Source of the DNA: a virus
Taxonomy: Duplodnaviria; Caudoviricetes
IMG/VR virus record: IMGVR_UViG_3300021399_000122
Coordinates: 1-64,000 of that record
Direction: 5' to 3' (one strand)
Length of the DNA stretch: 64,000 bases
Part shown: positions 1-8,860 of the stretch, in pieces
Position numbering within the stretch: the stretch's first letter is position 1
How the letters are laid out: each line of letters begins with the position of its first letter
Translations under genes and position numbers: made by a program
The notes under the pieces: generated by a model
What the model saw: only the letters and a program-made list of their open reading frames with translations
What the model was told of the DNA's origin: nothing
The model's database searches: none

Positions 1-109
1 CCTTAGTGGCGCAGGTGTGTACCCTTGCACCTTAGTGGCGCAGGTGTGTACCCTTGCACCTTAGTGGCGCAGGTGTGTACCCTTGCACCTTAGTGGCGCA
101 GGTGTGTAC
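1..109. repeat. 29-bp tandem repeat (CCTTAGTGGCGCAGGTGTGTACCCTTGCA), about 3.75 copies, may continue left of the window
   Basis: Identical units start at 1, 30, 59 and 88, with no spacers. Confidence 0.95.
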
Positions 110-129
110 TGCGCCTGCTCTCATATTTT

Positions 130-174
130 GCCGTTTAAGGCGGTTTCCGTGCCGTTTAAGGCGGTTTCCGTGCC
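130..174. repeat. 21-bp tandem repeat GCCGTTTAAGGCGGTTTCCGT x2
   Basis: Direct copies at 130 and 151. Confidence 0.9.
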
Positions 175-309
175 TGCCGTGATAGTTTGTTCATCCGTGC
201 CGACTCCTGCGCCTCTGCGCCTCTGTAAAGGGCATGTTTTGAAATTGCCGTAGCATGCTACATGTTAGATATGACTAACTGCCGCCCTCCAGGAAGGCGC
301 AGCAGGAAC

Positions 310-335
310 AAAAAAAGGCGGTCATTCGACCGCCT
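310..335 (-). terminator. Intrinsic terminator of the leftward gene
   Basis: Minus strand reads AGGCGGTC-GAAT-GACCGCCT then a T run, about 10 nt past the stop at 346. Confidence 0.85.
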
Positions 336-345
336 GCGCCTGTGA

Positions 346-1947
346 TTATCTGCCGTGTTTCATCTCATAGACTGCCATTCTGTGCCGTGCCTTTGCGCAG
401 GGTTTTGAAGGTCTGCGGGCATTGAGCGCATCCCTGTGATTCTGCCGTGCGTTTGCCTTCCAATAAGACTGCATTGTAAGAGTTGACCATCCGCCCATAT
501 CGTACGCTTGCTCTGCGCCTGCGCTTTCCTGTTTCCAATAATCGAAACGGTATACATCCGCCTGCGCCTGCGCTCTTTCGTTCGCTTTTTTGTTTTTCCA
601 ATAAATGAAATCCGCTCTGTGATTCTGCGCCTGCATCTGCGCCTCTGCCTGCGCCTCTGCCTCTGCCTGTGCCTCTGCCTGCGCCTGCGCCTCTGCCTGC
701 GCCTCTATCTGTTCAATCATCATAAACATTTCGGATGCGGTCTGAGCGCCTGCGGTAATCTCCTGCGCTTGTAACCATTTAAGCGCCTTAGCTCTAATCT
801 GTTCAATGCTCTTCTGAATGGCTCTTCTTGATGTTTTCTCTTCGCCTGCTATCTGTTCGATGCTATAGCCTCTTGCCTTCATCTCAAGTCTGCGCATCTG
901 CGCATCTGTCAGATGCATGCCGTCAATCATACTGCGCAATGCTCTGACCTGTGCTATTGAAGTGCATTCACCTGTGAACACATTCTGTTTCATGCGCAGA
1001 TAAATCTTTTCATCGGTGTATCCGTCTCTATCATCTGCGCTTACTGCATCGATGCACTCTGACCAACCATGCGCCCTAGTGCGTGTCTGCGCCTCGATAT
1101 ATGTGTAGCCATTGTCAACCGCCTTGATGCTTGCCTGCCGTTCAATCTCATCACGGCATGCCTTAAAGCAAAGGCTTACAAGATCTGTTTCCTTCTCAAT
1201 CATTTCATCGGTTAATTCATCCTCGCCCTTCCATGCAAGAGCAGACTTTTTGCGCCTGTCCACCTTAACCACTGTTTCAAAATCTGCGCCCCATGATACC
1301 GCCTCGAGTACCTGCGCCATGATAGCATGCATCAAATCATATCCACTGCCGAAACGTTCAGACTGATTTTTGAGAACGTTTACCGCCTGCGGGTCTGCCT
1401 CTGCTCTGACTGTATCGCCTTTGCGGTTGCGGTTCACTTCATAAGCGGTATCGCTTGCCATGCGTCTACTCATTTCCAAACGGATGTCATGACGGAAATC
1501 ATCATAGACTGCGGTTTGGTATGCATCTGCGCCCTTTGCTATAAGGTCTTTGAAGGTAGCACGAACAACACACATCCCGAAACGTTCAAGGGCATTAACT
1601 GAAATCTGTTTCCCTGTCCTGCGATGCATGACTATTTCATTTTGAAGGTCTGCGACCGCATCGGCAAAGGTCTGCCCACGGAATGAAAGCATATCCCATA
1701 ACTCCGCATCGGACTGCCTGCGCATCTGCATCTGTGCCTGTGTGCTTTCTGCCTGCGCCTGCCGTGCATAGGTCTGATCATTGAATGAACCTGCCTTGAC
1801 CTGCGGAGATACAAACGGCAGGTATTCGATTGATTCATAGGTGTGCTTTGTTCCGTTAATGTCTGTGCATGTGTTCATTGTGACTGTGCGCATCTGTGCG
1901 CCTGTCGATGTGCGCTTTTCTGCGCTCTTTGATGTAATCTGTTTCAT
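346..1947 (-). CDS. Putative transcription regulator with sigma-70 region 4/LuxR-like HTH and a low-complexity AQAE repeat
   Basis: HTH-like segment LTDAQMRRLEMKARGYSIEQIAGEEKTSRRAIQKSIEQIRAK. Start moved to ATG 1947, which follows the RBS AGAGG. Confidence 0.6.
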   Translation of the reverse strand: MKQITSKSAEKRTSTGAQMRTVTMNTCTDINGTKHTYESIEYLPFVSPQVKAGSFNDQTYARQAQAESTQAQMQMRRQSDAELWDMLSFRGQTFADAVADLQNEIVMHRRTGKQISVNALERFGMCVVRATFKDLIAKGADAYQTAVYDDFRHDIRLEMSRRMASDTAYEVNRNRKGDTVRAEADPQAVNVLKNQSERFGSGYDLMHAIMAQVLEAVSWGADFETVVKVDRRKKSALAWKGEDELTDEMIEKETDLVSLCFKACRDEIERQASIKAVDNGYTYIEAQTRTRAHGWSECIDAVSADDRDGYTDEKIYLRMKQNVFTGECTSIAQVRALRSMIDGMHLTDAQMRRLEMKARGYSIEQIAGEEKTSRRAIQKSIEQIRAKALKWLQAQEITAGAQTASEMFMMIEQIEAQAEAQAQAEAQAEAEAQAEAQMQAQNHRADFIYWKNKKANERAQAQADVYRFDYWKQESAGAEQAYDMGGWSTLTMQSYWKANARQNHRDALNARRPSKPCAKARHRMAVYEMKHGR

Positions 1948-2045
1948 GATTTTTTCCTCTCTTTTCTTTTGGCGGTCTCTATAACCGTGCCTGCATGGCT
2001 TTTGATATCGCAGGCCTGCCCTGCGGAAGGTTTCCCTTCGATCAA

Positions 2046-2074
2046 TATATAGCATTTTTGAAAATTCGTTTCAA
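2046..2074 (-). promoter_or_regulatory. Candidate sigmaA promoter for the leftward gene
   Basis: Minus strand TTGAAA-17 nt-TATATA with an extended TG. Confidence 0.5.
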
Positions 2075-2560
2075 TCCCTTTTCAGCAGAAAATTCATAAG
2101 TGGCGCAGGTGTGTACCGTCTCCCTGTACTCCAGGTCGCATCAGCAGGCTAAAGCGTTTGTGAACTAAGTCCTATTTTCTCACAAGTGGACATAGCCCTG
2201 TTTTTGGTAGCATGCTACAGAATTTTTTCCCAAAACTGTCTATGGCGTTTCATCTCACTGCCCGCATCAAAAATCTCCAGTATTTATCGAGCCTTTCCGC
2301 AAATCCGCCTTTCCTTTCTTTGACACCGCAGTTCCACAATTTTTGCAAAGCTTTCTAGTTTTTGCAACTTTTGAGACATAGGACATAGACAACCAGCAGG
2401 GCTAGACCTTTCAGCAGAAATTCATTAATCTACATCAATTTGTTCTTTCCAGCCTATATCATGGACGCTGCCCTTCCCTCTCTCAGCCGTCACAGGACGG
2501 CGCCTGTGTTTCAACATTCTTCAACCTTTTCCATGCATACATTTTCCAATAGAAAAAAAA

Positions 2561-2677
2561 GGAGCCGTCCTTTATAAATCGCTCCTTTCTTTTCTGGAAA
2601 AAATAAATATAAATTAATCAAAAGAAAGAAAAATAAATATAAATTAAATAATACTTTCTTTTATTGGAAACGGCTCC
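2561..2677. repeat. AT-rich 19-bp direct repeat pair (AAAAATAAATATAAATTAA) inside the inverted repeat GGAGCCGT/ACGGCTCC; origin-like
   Basis: Direct copies at 2599 and 2629; inverted arms at 2561-2568 and 2670-2677. Confidence 0.6.
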
Positions 2678-3033
2678 TCGTGTCCTCTCGGAGCGCAGCC
2701 TATGTATATCAGATGCGGTGTACCCGATTCCCCTGAAGGAGTGTTCCGCCGCCAGCCGCAACATGAAGCCCGGGCAATACGATCGGGTAGTGGGTGTTTA
2801 TAGTTTTGTTGGAAATACGACAAACGAGGCCACGTTATGAAAGGCTGTTGGCGTTTCAGCGGATGTATCACAAGGATGTTGCCTTGGAAAAGGGAACCTT
2901 AAATATTGTACTTTTAAGGGGGGTGGTTCCAAAAACGCCCTTGCCATGCGGGTTTTCGACACCTTCCAAACCCGTTTTAGGTAACTTTTTTGGACTTATC
3001 TGTACCTGACCTGTTTTTCCCGTTGGAAAACGT

Positions 3034-3061
3034 TTGCATAACGTTTGAAACGTGTTATAAT
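3034..3061 (+). promoter_or_regulatory. Candidate sigmaA promoter for the helicase-RNAP operon
   Basis: TTGCAT-16 nt-TATAAT with extended -10 (TGtTATAAT); AACGTTTG repeats overlap it. Confidence 0.7.
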
Positions 3062-3189
3062 TTTAGTGGATAATTATATGAATAAACCGGAGAACTCGTC
3101 CGTCCTTTGCTCAGGCCTGCCCTCCTGACTGCGGCGGTATGTTCTCCTTTCTGATATCTATTAAGGATTGAAACGAGTGGGAGGAGTTA

Positions 3190-4587
3190 ATGACAGAAGA
3201 GGATAAACACAAGCCGGAAGTGTTCGTCTGTGATGCCATCATGGGGAGCGGAAAGACTGAGAGCGCTATCACCTATATCCGTGAGCACCCCGATGAGAAG
3301 TTTATTTATATCACCCCGTACCTCAGTGAGGCTTCCCGTATCAAAGAGTCATGCCCGGAAGCTGACTTTGTTGAACCGGCACGGAATGTCCCCGGAGCAG
3401 GATTCCGAAAGATTAAACATATAGCAGCGCTGATTAACGCCGGAAAGAATATCACATCCACACATGCGGCGTTCACACGTTACACTGCTGAGATGCTCGA
3501 CGATATCCGCAGACATGGGTACACCATTATCATCGACGAGGCTCTTGATATTCTGACCGCCTATAAGCTGTCCAAGCTGGATGAGGAGATGCTTATCGAT
3601 GGCGGCTACCTCGTCAAGACAAAAAATGGCTACACGACCGCTGGCTGCCGTACATACTCCACAGACGGCACGGGACTGTTTGCGAGTGTAATTGATCTGG
3701 TCAGCCGCAGAGAATGTCTGTCTGTCTTTGAAGGTGATCAGCATGGAAACGCTCTGCTCTTCTGGCTGCTGCCCAGGCGGTTCATCTCAGCCTTCGACAA
3801 GGTCATTGTGATGACTTATATGATCGATGGTCAGGAGATTGGCGTATACCTGAAAGCGAGTGGCTATGACTATAAAAAGATCGGCGTAGCCCGTGACCCT
3901 GACGGCACATATCGTTTTGGAAAGTTCCAGGAGTATATCCCCGAATATGTGAAGTCTCTTAAAGATAAGATCCATATTCTCGACCATAAGAAGCTGAACG
4001 CCCTTGGCGAGCCGGAGAATGCGTTCTCGATGAGCTGGCTGCAAAGAGACGAAGAGAACCAACGTAAGGCAAAGAATGCTCTCGGTAATCTTTATAAGAA
4101 TATCTGGTCGGCCGACGGCGGTAAGAGACATATGATGTGGGGCACGTTCAAGGGGTACGAAGAAAAGTTCCGCGGACGTGGAATGAAGAAGTCATATCTG
4201 GTGTTCAACGCCCGTGCGATGAATGGCTATCGCGATAAGACACATCTGGCATATCTGGCAAATATATATATAAATACAGGACATAGGAACCTGTTTGTGA
4301 AACTTGGCGTTCCGATCGATGAGGACGCCTACGCCCTTTCCACACTGATCCAGTGGGTGTGGAGGTCTGCGATTCGAGATGGAAAAGACATATGGCTGTA
4401 CCTGCCCAGCAGCCGCATGAGGAAACTTCTTGCTAACTGGATTGATGAAGTCAGTAAAGGAGGTGGTGCGGTGTGTGCAAGCACAGATTCAACGAGTGCG
4501 TCTACGGCGGAGTCGTCTGTACTCCAGATGGCGACACCGGTGATGTCCCCTGCAAAGGATGCAACTGCTTTGTATCCCTGCGCATGA
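3190..4587 (+). CDS. SF2 DEAD/DEAH-like helicase/P-loop NTPase
   Basis: Walker A DAIMGSGKT, Walker B IIIDEA, motif VI-like QWVWRSAIR; RBS GGAGG. Confidence 0.8.
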   Translation: MTEEDKHKPEVFVCDAIMGSGKTESAITYIREHPDEKFIYITPYLSEASRIKESCPEADFVEPARNVPGAGFRKIKHIAALINAGKNITSTHAAFTRYTAEMLDDIRRHGYTIIIDEALDILTAYKLSKLDEEMLIDGGYLVKTKNGYTTAGCRTYSTDGTGLFASVIDLVSRRECLSVFEGDQHGNALLFWLLPRRFISAFDKVIVMTYMIDGQEIGVYLKASGYDYKKIGVARDPDGTYRFGKFQEYIPEYVKSLKDKIHILDHKKLNALGEPENAFSMSWLQRDEENQRKAKNALGNLYKNIWSADGGKRHMMWGTFKGYEEKFRGRGMKKSYLVFNARAMNGYRDKTHLAYLANIYINTGHRNLFVKLGVPIDEDAYALSTLIQWVWRSAIRDGKDIWLYLPSSRMRKLLANWIDEVSKGGGAVCASTDSTSASTAESSVLQMATPVMSPAKDATALYPCA

Positions 4588-4694
4588 TGGATGAATACGA
4601 TGTCGAAGACGAACTGAGGTCGAAAGAATATAAGCGGTTCGTCAAAGCGTGGTTTGAATATATCACAGATTATGATGAAGATCTGTTAGTATAG
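4473..4694 (+). CDS. Small Cys-rich hypothetical protein
   Basis: Strong RBS AAAGGAGGT upstream; overlaps the low-complexity tail of the helicase ORF. Confidence 0.55.
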   Translation: MCKHRFNECVYGGVVCTPDGDTGDVPCKGCNCFVSLRMMDEYDVEDELRSKEYKRFVKAWFEYITDYDEDLLV

Positions 4695-4704
4695 GGAGGT
4701 TTTT

Positions 4705-5154
4705 ATGAAAGTAATTGACTTTGCGAAGAAAGGCAACGTCTTCCGCCTTTTCCTTGGAAATGATGATTGTAACGATTACTGGGGAGACGATTGGAACGAT
4801 CGCCCTTATGAACATAATGCCGGTGAGGTCTACGATCGGTTCATGGTCGGTGCGGTCGACATTGCGATGGATTACGATGGCGCGGTCGCTGAACCCGGCA
4901 ACGATTATACATACGGCGGCAACACGCCGTTCAGCAAAGAGGATTTCAGAAATGAAGTCACACCATGTCTGGTGCTCGCCGCGCCAGTGATCGCCAACAA
5001 CTTCTGGTCTGACACCGACTATACAATGTTCCTTGGAAATAAGAATACACTGAAGATTTATTTCAATCAGCCATATGACGAAAAGTTTAAGGCTGATCTG
5101 ATTGTGAATGGGTGCACAATCCTGAACGAATATCTTGATGGATTTCACTTCTGA
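4705..5154 (+). CDS. Hypothetical phage protein
   Basis: RBS GGAGGT; motif YWGDDWNDRPYEHNAG; operon position. Confidence 0.7.
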   Translation: MKVIDFAKKGNVFRLFLGNDDCNDYWGDDWNDRPYEHNAGEVYDRFMVGAVDIAMDYDGAVAEPGNDYTYGGNTPFSKEDFRNEVTPCLVLAAPVIANNFWSDTDYTMFLGNKNTLKIYFNQPYDEKFKADLIVNGCTILNEYLDGFHF

Positions 5155-5171
5155 TAACAAGCGGGGAGAGA

Positions 5172-7928
5172 ATGAGCAAACAGCTAAGTTGTCAGAAATT
5201 TATCTTCAAGATACACAGCTCCAGACTCCGAAAGGAAAAATGGAAGCTCACCCTTCCCATTAGTGAAGCACGTAAAAATGAAGAGGTCATCGCCCTCGCC
5301 GACAGCCAGATCCTTCGCTGGATTGACGAGCTGAACGGCGTTGTCGACGCAGACTTCAAGGCGAAACGGATTAAGGCTGAGATTCGCAGGATCAATCGTG
5401 AGCCATACTCCGCAGAGAACAGAAGGCGGATTCGCAAGCTTTATTCCGATCTTGACGATCTCCAGTTCAAGCCGGATTACATGTGCCTCATTATCGACAA
5501 GCCGACTGACTACTACCGGGCTTGCAAGGGATTCAAAATCAATGATGTGAAATACGTCCGCCTTCTCGGAACGAACGGAGGCATCAAGAATTCTACAATT
5601 GTCTTCGTCAGTGAAAGGCTGGCACCTGAACTGAGAAGACGAATCGAAAACGGACGCGATCCGAATAAGGAACTCGTCACGGCGAAGCTGGAGGCGTATA
5701 AGGCACTCACGTGCAGCGCTTCCAATCCGGTGTCTATGCCGAAAGGCATCCTCATCGTTAATGACGTCGAGACTACATTTAAAGACACAGTTATCTATCT
5801 CTCCAATGAGAATGGCGGCGAGCCAGAGATGACACTGCGTGAGAACACGGATATAACAATTGATGCGTCCGATGGCTACGGGATCATGCTCCCATCGCTG
5901 GCTAAGCGTTGGAGCGAAGAACTCGGGCTTGACTACGTTACGTCTGGGGTCAACACCAGGTTCTGCTGGGAGAAAGGGATGGTCTATACATTCGACTATC
6001 TCGACTTCGCAAATAAGGTTGGCGGCGGCTACATCGTCAAGGACGCATGGGGAAATGACGTCGACGTCCGATTCACGGAATTGATCCTCACCACCTCCAT
6101 GGTCAAACTGTGGGACAGTTATAAGAATTGCGACGATTACATCCAGCAGTGCCTCGATCACGGGTATACGTTCGGTATTGCGAAGACGTGCCCGGGGGAG
6201 CTTGAGAATGAGCACACCCTGAATTATCAGTTCATTCAGTGCCTCACCATGCCAGACGAAGATATCGATGAGCTGATCGCGCCCACAATGAACGAAATTG
6301 CGGATGTGCTCGGCGGTGACTGGAGGAAAGCAATCCTCTTCCTTCGGGGCGAGCACCTGACAAGGCGCGGTGTGGAGAATATGCCAGATGATTTCATCAA
6401 GGCGACGATGATCGATCCCCGTGTTCTGGAAGATCCGTTCGTGAAGAATAATATTTATCAGCTGATCCGTAATAAGATTGACGAAGCTAAGGTCGGCGTC
6501 CTCAAGGTTCACGGCAACTATTCTATCGTATCAGGCGATCCATATCTGCTGTGTGAGCATATTTGGGGGCTCGAACCTCATGGGCTTTTGAAGGCCGGGG
6601 AGATTTTCAATAAGTACTGGGCCGATGCCGGTTCTGAAAACTTACTCTGCTTCCGGGCACCGATGTCTTGTGCGAACAACATCAGGATGGTATCACCGGT
6701 GCGAAGAAAAGATGCTCTGTACTGGTACAAATATATGCCAACGGCGACCATTCTTAATGGTTGGGACACCATTACCATGGCGCTCAACGGTATGGATTTC
6801 GATGGAGATTTAGTTTTCTTAACAGATAACGACGTTATGTTGAGGAACTTTACTCCGTTGCCAGCCCTGATGTGTGCGCAGCGAAGGGCGGAAAAATGTA
6901 TCCCTACCGAGGATGACTTTGTAAGAACGAACATTAACAGTTTCGGTAATAATATCGGGCAGATCACAAATCGCGTGACGTCAATGTATGATATCGTCGC
7001 AAAGTATCAGCCTGGGTGTCAGGAGTACGATATCCTGCAATATCGAATCCAGTGCGGTCAGCAGTTCCAGCAGGATGAAATCGACAAATCAAAAGGTATC
7101 ATTTCACACCCGATGCCAAAGTCATGGTACGATCGCCACGCGGTATTCAAGATCGAAGACGACAGCAAGCGGGAATTATATCGCCGGGTCGTTGCAGACA
7201 AGAAGCCATATTTCATGCGGTATATCTATCCCGACCTGATGCGTCAGTATAATACATATATTAAGAACACAGATCGTAAAGCTCTGCGTGAATTCGGTAT
7301 GACGGTGTCTGACCTGAAAATGGTTGATGTCGACCTGCTTACGGATCGTCAAAAAGAATTTCTGCACTATTACGATCTGCGTATGCCCGTCAGTGTAAAC
7401 GATTCTGTCATGAATGTTATCTGCAGGAAGTTCGAGGATCGTTTTGATCGTTTGATTTCGAAACAGGCTTCGACGAATACGTTCGACTATCAGATTATGA
7501 AGAGCGGAGAGCTGTATACGCCGCGAAGATATACAGAGGTCGAGCGGCTCTATAAAGAATATAGCCACCGCCTCCAGAAGTACACGCTCGCCGCCAAGCG
7601 TGAACGTGTTGATCGCGGCGCTATGAATCAAACACTGATTTCTTTGCACGATGAGTTCCGTGCTGAATGCGATTCTGTCTGTCCCAACTCGCAGGAGCTT
7701 TGTGACATCGCGTTGGATCTGTGTTATCAAAAGGCTACAACGAAAAGGTTTGCATGGGCACTATGCGGTTCAGAGATTATTATGAACCTGTTGCTCAAGA
7801 ATAACAATTCAATATCCTACCCCGTTCGGGATGACAATGGTGATTTGTATTATAACGGTAAAAAGTTTTCCGTGCAGACCATCAATGATGTGCTCATTGA
7901 ACAGGAACGAGAGGAGGAATTGTTATGA
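5172..7928 (+). CDS. yonO: YonO-like single-subunit DNA-dependent RNA polymerase (two-barrel family)
   Basis: Catalytic motif NGMDFDGD preceded by FRAP; SDGYG motif; 918 aa; lies upstream of SPbeta-like late genes. Confidence 0.85.
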   Translation: MSKQLSCQKFIFKIHSSRLRKEKWKLTLPISEARKNEEVIALADSQILRWIDELNGVVDADFKAKRIKAEIRRINREPYSAENRRRIRKLYSDLDDLQFKPDYMCLIIDKPTDYYRACKGFKINDVKYVRLLGTNGGIKNSTIVFVSERLAPELRRRIENGRDPNKELVTAKLEAYKALTCSASNPVSMPKGILIVNDVETTFKDTVIYLSNENGGEPEMTLRENTDITIDASDGYGIMLPSLAKRWSEELGLDYVTSGVNTRFCWEKGMVYTFDYLDFANKVGGGYIVKDAWGNDVDVRFTELILTTSMVKLWDSYKNCDDYIQQCLDHGYTFGIAKTCPGELENEHTLNYQFIQCLTMPDEDIDELIAPTMNEIADVLGGDWRKAILFLRGEHLTRRGVENMPDDFIKATMIDPRVLEDPFVKNNIYQLIRNKIDEAKVGVLKVHGNYSIVSGDPYLLCEHIWGLEPHGLLKAGEIFNKYWADAGSENLLCFRAPMSCANNIRMVSPVRRKDALYWYKYMPTATILNGWDTITMALNGMDFDGDLVFLTDNDVMLRNFTPLPALMCAQRRAEKCIPTEDDFVRTNINSFGNNIGQITNRVTSMYDIVAKYQPGCQEYDILQYRIQCGQQFQQDEIDKSKGIISHPMPKSWYDRHAVFKIEDDSKRELYRRVVADKKPYFMRYIYPDLMRQYNTYIKNTDRKALREFGMTVSDLKMVDVDLLTDRQKEFLHYYDLRMPVSVNDSVMNVICRKFEDRFDRLISKQASTNTFDYQIMKSGELYTPRRYTEVERLYKEYSHRLQKYTLAAKRERVDRGAMNQTLISLHDEFRAECDSVCPNSQELCDIALDLCYQKATTKRFAWALCGSEIIMNLLLKNNNSISYPVRDDNGDLYYNGKKFSVQTINDVLIEQEREEELL

Positions 7929-8680
7929 GCATTGTGCTTCACGAAAATGAATGGGCGAGGGACGCTATCCTCCGCCGTGATCTTGGCAAGAATACATTTG
8001 AGACTATCACACGTGTCGCCAGATATTATCTTGAGTCCGGCTTCGCAAAGCGTGAGGTAAGAAAGCTTCTGGACGCATTTATTATTCAGTGCGATCCAGA
8101 AGCATCTCTTCCCCTCTACTCTGATCTTATTGATAATGCGCTCAAGCGTGCATTGAAGAGAAAGTCGATCAACATCGATAAGATCGTTATCACCAAGGGG
8201 GAACTTGATGCTATCAACAAGCTTGATCAGCGTCAGGCAAAGCGGCTTGCGTTCACGCTTCTAGCACTCGCTAAATATCTGGACAAAGTTAATTCAGGGA
8301 ACGACCACTGGGTGAACATCAAGGATAGTGACATCATGAAGATGGCAAACATCAGCACCTCGATTAAGCGCCAGAGTTCGATGTATAATTACCTGCATCG
8401 TATGGGAATGGTTCAGTTTTCCAAACAGGTCGATAATATAAATACACGTGTGAAGTTTATTGACAATACTGAGCCAGAGCTTGAAATTACAGACTTCCGC
8501 AACCTCGGCTATCAGTATATGAAATATTGTGGAGAAGACGGTTATTTTGTCTGTGAGAATTGTGGTATCACAGATAAGCGTCGATCTATTCACGGGCGGT
8601 CTCAGAAGTACTGCATCGATTGCAGCGCTAAAATAAAGACACAGCGAAATGTCAATGCCGTAATGAATTTGAGACGTTAG
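7925..8680 (+). CDS. Hypothetical protein coupled to the RNAP gene, with a C-terminal zinc ribbon
   Basis: ATGA overlap with the RNAP stop; CENC...CIDC. Confidence 0.75.
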   Translation: MSIVLHENEWARDAILRRDLGKNTFETITRVARYYLESGFAKREVRKLLDAFIIQCDPEASLPLYSDLIDNALKRALKRKSINIDKIVITKGELDAINKLDQRQAKRLAFTLLALAKYLDKVNSGNDHWVNIKDSDIMKMANISTSIKRQSSMYNYLHRMGMVQFSKQVDNINTRVKFIDNTEPELEITDFRNLGYQYMKYCGEDGYFVCENCGITDKRRSIHGRSQKYCIDCSAKIKTQRNVNAVMNLRR

Positions 8681-8860
8681 TGTAAATTTGGAAAAATAGA
8701 GACTTTGTCAGGCGGCTTTTCATGCGGCCTGAGGCGGTCTGTGATGTATTGCATGTAATGATAGAGAGTATACCGCCTTCGTTTTTCGAATTAGCGTTAT
8801 ACGAGAGTAAAAGTAACGGCGTCCATCGGGCGCCTTTTATTTTGGATGAAAGGAGCATTA

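Noticed and set aside
1-109. CRISPR array
   Set aside because: The 29-bp units are contiguous with no spacers, and there are no cas genes.
5184-6512. 442-aa antisense ORF
   Set aside because: It is a shadow of the RNAP gene, with no motifs and no evident RBS.
5172-7928. Eukaryote-type RNA-dependent RNA polymerase
   Set aside because: The motif is shared, but in a dsDNA phage with SPbeta-like synteny the DNA-dependent YonO family is the better explanation.
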